This document shows positions 58,154 to 64,000 of a stretch of 64,000 nucleotides of DNA, piece by piece. Positions within the stretch are counted from its first letter, which is position 1, and each line of letters opens with the position of its first letter. The position numbers and the translations under genes were made by a program. The notes below the pieces were generated by a model. The model did no database searches and was not told the origin of the DNA. It was given only the letters and a program-made list of their open reading frames with translations. This DNA comes from Deltaproteobacteria bacterium (GTDB lineage Bacteria; Myxococcota_A; UBA9160; SMWR01), in contig JAQBGU010000183.1 of NCBI GenBank assembly GCA_032128375.1, forward strand, positions 15,087 through 79,086, written 5' to 3'.

Positions 58154-58544
58154 CTGGGATGATCCGAACTGCCTTTGGGCCCTCGTGGCGCTTGGGCAAC
58201 GTAACCGTCAGGAAGCCGTCGCCAACATGCGCCGACACGCGGTCCTTGTCGAAGGCCATCGATATTCGAATGCGCCGCTCGAACGGACCCGACGCAATCT
58301 CCATCTGGTGCAGGCGCGTGACATCCGGCCCTTCAGGCGCCGGTCGGATGCCGTGTATCCGCAGCGCCTGCCCATCCAACGAGACGCTGAGGTCCTGGCT
58401 CCGAACGCCGGCGATCTCGGCTCGAACCACGATACTCGCATCGGTCTCGTAGACATCGACGTCCGGCTGCCAGCGGTCGCCTCGCAGCCGTTCAGCGAAC
58501 TCACCGAACAGCTCCGCGAGCGGGTCATGTTTAGTCTTGCTCAC
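58146..58544 (-). CDS. Small heat shock protein (Hsp20)
   Basis: WQPDVDVYET, AEIAGV, GPFERRI, DGFLTVTLPK. GTG start approximate. Confidence 0.9.
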   Translation of the reverse strand: MSKTKHDPLAELFGEFAERLRGDRWQPDVDVYETDASIVVRAEIAGVRSQDLSVSLDGQALRIHGIRPAPEGPDVTRLHQMEIASGPFERRIRISMAFDKDRVSAHVGDGFLTVTLPKRHEGPKAVRIIPDE

Positions 58545-58554
58545 GGGCGGGAGC

Positions 58555-60465
58555 TCAACTGTCTCCCTTCTCCTCTGTATATTCGGCGTCGACGATGTCG
58601 TCGTCGTTCGCAGTTTTGGTGGTCCCACCCTCGCCCGCAGCAGCTTCGCTCGGGCCGGGTTCGGACTTGTAGAGCACTTCTGCCAGCTTGTGGAGTTCCT
58701 GCTCGACACGCTGGTGACTCGCATCGAGCTTGGCCAGATCGTCACTATTGAGGTCCTTCCTCGCTTCAGCAATGGCAGTCTTCACCGGCTCAGTATCTGT
58801 GTCGGAGAGTTTCTCGGCATTTTCCGAAAGGAGTTTCTCCCCTTGGTAGATGATCGAGTCTAGGCTGTTGCGTTTTTCGATCTTCTCACGGTGCGCTGCG
58901 TCCTCGCTCCGGTGGGCCTCGGCTTCTTTGACCATGCGTTCGATCTCGCCCTTTTCCAATCCGCCGCTGCCTTCGATTCGAATCGACTGCTCCTTGGTCG
59001 TTGCCCTGTCCTTTGCGGAGACTGACAGGATTCCGTTCGCATCGATATCGAACGTCACTTCGATCTGCGGAATCCCGCGCGGCGCCGGCGGAATACCGTC
59101 CAGGATGAATCGGCCCAGGCTTCGGTTCCCAGAGGACATCTCACGCTCGCCTTGGAGCACGTGAATTTCGACCTGGGGCTGACTGTCAGCCGCAGTCGAA
59201 AAGACCTGGGACCGGCGTGTCGGGATCGTCGTGTTCTTTTCGATCAATTTGGTGGTGACCGACCCGAGTGTTTCGATACCCAGAGACAGCGGCGTCACGT
59301 CCAGCAGCAACACATCCTTCACGTCGCCAGCCAGTACGCCACCTTGGATCGCAGCCCCCAGCGCGACGACTTCGTCCGGATTCACGGTCCTGTTGGGTTC
59401 GCGGCCGAACAGTTCCTTGACCCTCTGCTGCACCAGCGGAATCCGCGTCGAACCACCGACCAGCACGACTTCGTGGATTTCGTTGGTCGCAAAGCCCGAG
59501 TCGGCAATCGCGGAACGGCACGGCCCCAGCGTGCGCTCGACCAGGTCTTCGATCAACTGCTCGAACTTCGCTCGTGTCAGCTTCAGCGTCAGGTGCTTGG
59601 GGCCGGTCTGATCTGCAGTGATGTAGGGCAAATTGATATCGGTGCTCTGCGCACTCGAGAGCTCGACTTTTGCCTTCTCCGCGCCCTCGCGCAAGCGCTG
59701 AAGCGCCATCGGGTCCTTCGAAAGATCGAGCCCGTGGTCCTTCTTGAACTCGGCGATCAGGTAGTCGATCACGCGCTGGTCGAGGTTGTCACCACCGAGA
59801 TGCGTGTCTCCGCTGGTGGCCTTGACCTCGACGACATTGTCGCCGACTTCGAGAATCGAGATATCGAAGGTTCCGCCACCGAAGTCGTAGACCGCGATTT
59901 TCTGGTCCTGCTCCTTGTCGAGACCGTACGCAAGCGCGGCGGCGGTGGGCTCGTTGATGATCCGTTTGACGTCGAGCCCTGCGATCGCGCCTGCGTCTTT
60001 TGTGGCCTGGCGTTGTGCGTCGTTGAAATAAGCCGGGACCGTGATCACGGCCGCGCTGACTTCACCGCCGAGATGGGCCTCGGCGGCTGCCTTGAGCTTC
60101 TGTAGCACCATCGCCGAGATTTCCGGCGGCGAATACGTCGTATCCCCTACCTGGACAGCGGCGCTTCCATCCTTGCCCGCCACAACCTGATACGGGACCA
60201 GCGATATTTCCTCGGGGACTTCGCCGAGGCGGCGTCCGATGAAACGCTTGATGGAATAGATGGTTCCGGTCGGATTCGTGACCGACTGACGCCGAGCGAT
60301 CGCCCCGACGAGCCGTTCGCCGTCGTCGCCAAATGCCACAACTGAAGGCGTCGTGCGCCCGCCCTCGTCGTTTGTGATCAGCGTGGGCTGGCCACCCTCC
60401 ATGACTGCAACGGCCGAGTTGGTCGTACCTAAATCGATTCCGATGACCTTGCCAGTATCCGCCAT
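58555..60465 (-). CDS. dnaK: Chaperone DnaK
   Basis: [40 protein letters not shown]. Confidence 0.98.
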   Translation of the reverse strand: MADTGKVIGIDLGTTNSAVAVMEGGQPTLITNDEGGRTTPSVVAFGDDGERLVGAIARRQSVTNPTGTIYSIKRFIGRRLGEVPEEISLVPYQVVAGKDGSAAVQVGDTTYSPPEISAMVLQKLKAAAEAHLGGEVSAAVITVPAYFNDAQRQATKDAGAIAGLDVKRIINEPTAAALAYGLDKEQDQKIAVYDFGGGTFDISILEVGDNVVEVKATSGDTHLGGDNLDQRVIDYLIAEFKKDHGLDLSKDPMALQRLREGAEKAKVELSSAQSTDINLPYITADQTGPKHLTLKLTRAKFEQLIEDLVERTLGPCRSAIADSGFATNEIHEVVLVGGSTRIPLVQQRVKELFGREPNRTVNPDEVVALGAAIQGGVLAGDVKDVLLLDVTPLSLGIETLGSVTTKLIEKNTTIPTRRSQVFSTAADSQPQVEIHVLQGEREMSSGNRSLGRFILDGIPPAPRGIPQIEVTFDIDANGILSVSAKDRATTKEQSIRIEGSGGLEKGEIERMVKEAEAHRSEDAAHREKIEKRNSLDSIIYQGEKLLSENAEKLSDTDTEPVKTAIAEARKDLNSDDLAKLDASHQRVEQELHKLAEVLYKSEPGPSEAAAGEGGTTKTANDDDIVDAEYTEEKGDS

Positions 60466-60549
60466 GATCGAAACTCACCCCTTTACAGTGGACTCACAAA
60501 ATTCGACTGGCAGTGGACTTGCCCAGTCTCCGATGCTCGCCTTGGTTAT

Positions 60550-60612
60550 GAATGGTTATTTGTGAATGGTTATTTGTGAAATGGTTATTTGTGAATGGTT
60601 ATTTGTGAATGG
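60550..60612. repeat. AT-rich 14-bp tandem repeat gaatggttatttgt, about 4.4 copies, upstream of dnaK
   Basis: Read directly; one unit has a 1-nt insertion. Confidence 0.92.
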
Positions 60613-60837
60613 ATGTTTTGCAGAGAACTCGACTCGCGGCCAAAGTTGGGTCCGGCGGTCGCATTGTCAACGCGACCCTGCATTATTGTGGCGAACGGAC
60701 GCCTACCACCCGGTGTCCCACCCAATTAATCGAGGGGGTATGAACCCAGCTCGGCAATCTGGCCACAAGCTGGCGGCGCGGTCGACCGATACGGGCAGTC
60801 AAAGCGTGTAACTGCCTGAAACAGCGGTGGAACCTGT

Positions 60838-60865
60838 TTGAGTGGGGTTATCGCCTGGCTATACT
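60838..60865 (+). promoter_or_regulatory. Putative sigma70 promoter of the gsp operon (TTGAGT-16-TATACT)
   Basis: Near-consensus boxes upstream of gspC. Confidence 0.5.
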
Positions 60866-60962
60866 GCCGCGGCTCGAGAAGACGGACTAGCCTCCACGAA
60901 ACGGGGCTGATGAGCGAAGAGGCTGCTCCAGCATCTAGCGACCCGACGGGGCGCTTCACAAC

Positions 60963-61066
60963 AGCCGTTCTACCAGAGCCGTTTTACCAGAGCCGTTCCA
61001 CGAGAGCCGTTCCACGAGAGCCGTTTCACACGAAAGTCCGTTTCACGAAAGTCCGCTGCACCGAGA
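60963..61066. repeat. About 14-bp tandem repeat agccgttccacgag, about 7 progressively diverging copies, upstream of gspC
   Basis: Read directly. Confidence 0.85.
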
Positions 61067-61082
61067 GGTACGAAGTAAATTC

Positions 61083-62051
61083 ATGGTCCGATACCTGGGC
61101 TGGCTGGCCACTACGATGTTGTTCGTACTCTGCTGCTTTTTAGTGGCGGATACTGCGAACGCAATCTTTGCGGCGCTGCTGGCCGAGCCAGCGCCCGCAC
61201 TCTCGGCGGAGACACCCAGCGCGGGGGCCAGCGAAAGCAGCTGGGAAGAGCGACAAGTGATCGTTCGGCGCAACTTGTTCCATTCCTCGGATCTCACACC
61301 AACGCCACCGGAGCCCGATCCCGAGCCCATCGCGGACGTACTCGAAGAAACCAAACTTCCGTTGAAACTGTGGGGGACGATCGCCTCTACCAACCCCGAT
61401 CTGGCTTGGGCTTCAGTCGAAGAGCTGGATGCAAAACCCAACGGCTCAAAAGCGGTGCGGGTAGGTGACAGCATCAAAACCGCCCAGGTACTGGCGATCG
61501 AGAGACGTCGCATCGTCCTACTGGAAAAGGGCGTCCGCAGGAGCTTGAGCCTCGATGATGAGGAGGCCTCGGATCCCGGCTCATTGATTCGCACGAGCCG
61601 GTCCAGCCCCCAACCCGGTCTGTCGAGCAGCCGATCTCGTCGCTCGAGCCCGTCTTCCTCGTCACTCGCGCGTCGCTCGTCCCGGAAATCGACGCTCGAC
61701 CGGGTCAAGCAGCTGGCCGAAGACAGGTTCGAGGTCAAACCCAGCGACGTTCAGGAGGCGTTGAACAACCCCGCAAGTCTCTACACACAGGCGCGCATTC
61801 TGCCGAAGCTGGGAGAGGACGGCGAATTCATGGGAATCGAGATCAGTGCGATCAAAGAAGGAAGTGTCTTCGAACAGGTTGGGATGCAAGAAGGAAGTGT
61901 CATCACAGCCATTGGCGGCGAGCCGCTCGACAATGTGGGTCAGACGGGTGGATTGGTGTCCGCGCTGACCGAGGGAGAATCCGTCCCATTGACCGTTCTC
62001 AGTCCGAGCGGTGAAACATCAACCATACAGTTTCAATTTCCCTCGGAATGA
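61083..62051 (+). CDS. gspC: Type II secretion protein C with a PDZ domain
   Basis: N-terminal TM, RRNLF, LKLWGTIA, ARILP, PDZ-like tail; precedes the secretin. Confidence 0.88.
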   Translation: MVRYLGWLATTMLFVLCCFLVADTANAIFAALLAEPAPALSAETPSAGASESSWEERQVIVRRNLFHSSDLTPTPPEPDPEPIADVLEETKLPLKLWGTIASTNPDLAWASVEELDAKPNGSKAVRVGDSIKTAQVLAIERRRIVLLEKGVRRSLSLDDEEASDPGSLIRTSRSSPQPGLSSSRSRRSSPSSSSLARRSSRKSTLDRVKQLAEDRFEVKPSDVQEALNNPASLYTQARILPKLGEDGEFMGIEISAIKEGSVFEQVGMQEGSVITAIGGEPLDNVGQTGGLVSALTEGESVPLTVLSPSGETSTIQFQFPSE

Positions 62052-62131
62052 ATTGCCACTCCATGTGCAGAGCAACTGACAAAGCCACGATTGCCCGACT
62101 GGCCAAGGCCACGCCGGAGAGGAATCCCACA

Positions 62132-64000
62132 ATGATCCAGCGCGCGCTCGCGCTCGCCGTGGTACAGCTGCTGGTACTGCTACTGCTCGGTATCCCGGGT
62201 GGAGTTGCGCTCGCGGAGAATCCAGAAACAGATGATCTGATCCAGCTCGACTTCAACGATGCGCCGATCACCGACATCATCGACGCCATCTCGAAAATGA
62301 CCAACCGCAACTTCATCTATGACGAACGCGTGCGCGGCAACGTCACGATCAAGTCGCCCACCCCGATCTCGAGGGAGCAGGCCTACGCGGTCTTCGAATC
62401 GTCCCTACAAGTCAAGGGTTTCACGACCGTCGAGACACCGGGGGGCGCACTCAAGATCATCCCGCTCCGAGACGCGAAGGAAACGAATGTCGAAACTTCG
62501 CTGAGCGCCTATCGACCGGCTGATCGCGATCACTTCATCACGCAGCTGATCCCGTTGCAGTACATCGAAGCCGAGCCAATCGTCAACACACTCAAGCCGC
62601 TGGTTTCCAAAGACGCGAACATCGCCGCCTACGCGCCGACCAACACCGTGATCCTGACGGAGTCCTCGTCGAATATCCGTCGGATTCTGGCCATCCTGGA
62701 AGCGATCGACGTCGAGAGCTACAAGGAAGAACTCGCGGTTCTGGCGATCGAACACGCCGACGCGGAGGCGCTGGCTTCGCAGATTTCTGAGATCTACGGC
62801 GCCGAAGTCTCCAATTTGGCGGGTTCCGCAGCCCAGACCGCGGCGTCCCGACGCCAGCGCAGCGCTCGCCGGGGGAATCCCAACATACCCAGTGCCACCG
62901 GTGCGGTGCGCGCCAAGGTTCGCATCATCACCGACACACGGACCAACTCGCTGATCGTGCTGGCAGCCTCCGACCAGCTCGATGACGTGCGGAGTCTCGT
63001 CGCTCGGCTGGACGTACCCGTCAGCGGCGGCGGCCGAATCCACGTCTACTACTTGCAGCACGCCGATGCGACCGATCTGGCGCAAACGCTCGGCTCGCTG
63101 ATTTCGGGGCGGGCCGCTCCGACCGGTGTCGGGGGGCCAGCCGCTGGAGGAGGCGCGCAGGCGCTGCGCGCAGCCGTGACCGGGCTCGCCGGCGGCATCA
63201 GTGTAACCGCCGACCCAGCCACCAATTCTCTCGTCATCCAATCCAGCAAGGAAGGCTTCGACACGATTTCCGGCGTGATCGCAAAGCTCGACGTCGAGCG
63301 GCCGCAGGTGCTCGTCGAGGCGTTGATCATGGAAGTCGATGTGACGGATAGCGAGACGCTCGGCTTCACTGGGCTGGTTCGTTTCATCAATGGCGACACT
63401 GAGTTCAGCACACTGATTGCGCCGTCGACGATGGGCGGACTCGCGGCCGGCGGACCCATCGGCGGAGCGATCGCCGCCGGATTACCGTTGGTCCAGCGCT
63501 TCATCAATGACACGCGTGATAAGGACGCCACGGGAGTTCGAACGGGAAACGGCCGCGTCATCGAAACGATTATCAATGCGGCAGCCGCCGATAACGGCAC
63601 CAACATCATCTCGGCGCCGCACATTCTCACCATGGACAATGAGCAGGCCGAGATCCGAATCGGCCAGAACATCCCCATCATCACAAGCCGCGTGCAGTCC
63701 GCACAGGGCATCGTCGCTCAGGATAGTCTCGCGACCTCAGTGAACGTCGAGCGGCAGGACATCGGTGTCACATTGCGTGTCACACCCCACATCACCGAGG
63801 GTGATAGCCTGCGAATGGAGATCTACCAGGAAATCAGTGCGATCAACGAAGGCCTCTCTGCCGATTTTGATACCGCCAACACGGGTGTCCCACTGAGTCA
63901 GCGAACGATCGAAAACACGGTGATCATCAGAGACCAGGAGACGGTCGTGATCGGCGGCCTGCTCAGCGACGAGTACCAGGATTCGGTTTCGCAGGTTCCC
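62132..64000 (+). CDS. gspD: Type II secretion secretin (runs off the window edge)
   Basis: Manual translation: signal peptide, QLDFNDA, NFIYDERVRG, TNSL repeats, LDVERPQVLVEALIMEV, APHILTMDNEQA, DIGVTLRVTPHI. Absent from the ORF track because no stop lies in the window. Confidence 0.95.
   Translation, partial: MIQRALALAVVQLLVLLLLGIPGGVALAENPETDDLIQLDFNDAPITDIIDAISKMTNRNFIYDERVRGNVTIKSPTPISREQAYAVFESSLQVKGFTTVETPGGALKIIPLRDAKETNVETSLSAYRPADRDHFITQLIPLQYIEAEPIVNTLKPLVSKDANIAAYAPTNTVILTESSSNIRRILAILEAIDVESYKEELAVLAIEHADAEALASQISEIYGAEVSNLAGSAAQTAASRRQRSARRGNPNIPSATGAVRAKVRIITDTRTNSLIVLAASDQLDDVRSLVARLDVPVSGGGRIHVYYLQHADATDLAQTLGSLISGRAAPTGVGGPAAGGGAQALRAAVTGLAGGISVTADPATNSLVIQSSKEGFDTISGVIAKLDVERPQVLVEALIMEVDVTDSETLGFTGLVRFINGDTEFSTLIAPSTMGGLAAGGPIGGAIAAGLPLVQRFINDTRDKDATGVRTGNGRVIETIINAAAADNGTNIISAPHILTMDNEQAEIRIGQNIPIITSRVQSAQGIVAQDSLATSVNVERQDIGVTLRVTPHITEGDSLRMEIYQEISAINEGLSADFDTANTGVPLSQRTIENTVIIRDQETVVIGGLLSDEYQDSVSQVP

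Noticed and set aside
60781..60960. Small hairpins upstream of gspC as a c-di-GMP riboswitch
   Set aside because: I could not find the conserved GEMM features, and the hairpins lie upstream of or overlap the putative promoter.
60550..61066. Repeat arrays as a possible CRISPR
   Set aside because: The units are 14 bp and directly adjacent, with no unique spacers and no cas genes.

Overview
A high-GC (roughly 60-65% by eye) bacterial chromosomal segment, most likely Myxococcota/Deltaproteobacteria, judging from a RomR orthologue, an MglA-like GTPase, Myxococcus-type Cys-rich repeats and a PEP-CTERM protein. It is mostly core genome, with no prophage, IS element or CRISPR array visible. From left to right it holds: anmK (partial); a GT4-MTase-GT4/MTase cluster; a membrane coiled-coil protein with a RelE-like tail; a signalling hub (two divergent sigma54 activators, PAS kinase, response regulator, sigma28 behind two sigma54 promoters, PP2C); romR-nadC-birA-coaX-EF-G2-hypothetical-mglA-like-GAF/degenerate GGDEF; a Rrf2-mec-PD40-sat-ald run; a DUF1998 helicase-exonuclease fusion; tRNA-Leu(CAG) and lon; gpgS, PilZ, an inactivated dinB, a frameshifted acylase and acpS; gap-pgk-tpiA-secG-tRNA-Leu(GAG); a PEP-CTERM protein; a DsbA/FrnE selenoprotein hidden by an in-frame TGA; class I aldolase; dnaK-hsp20-lon-ompA; and gspC-gspD (partial). 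The best leads are (1) an MglA paralogue lacking both catalytic residues, translationally coupled to a probable c-di-GMP receptor and downstream of romR, (2) the membrane-tethered RelE-fold protein with no adjacent antitoxin, (3) the UxxC selenoprotein with a SECIS-like hairpin, (4) a DinB pseudo-polymerase that keeps its clamp-binding motif, and (5) recurrent 13-14 bp tandem arrays upstream of genes. All family assignments come from motif recognition by eye; no database search was run.
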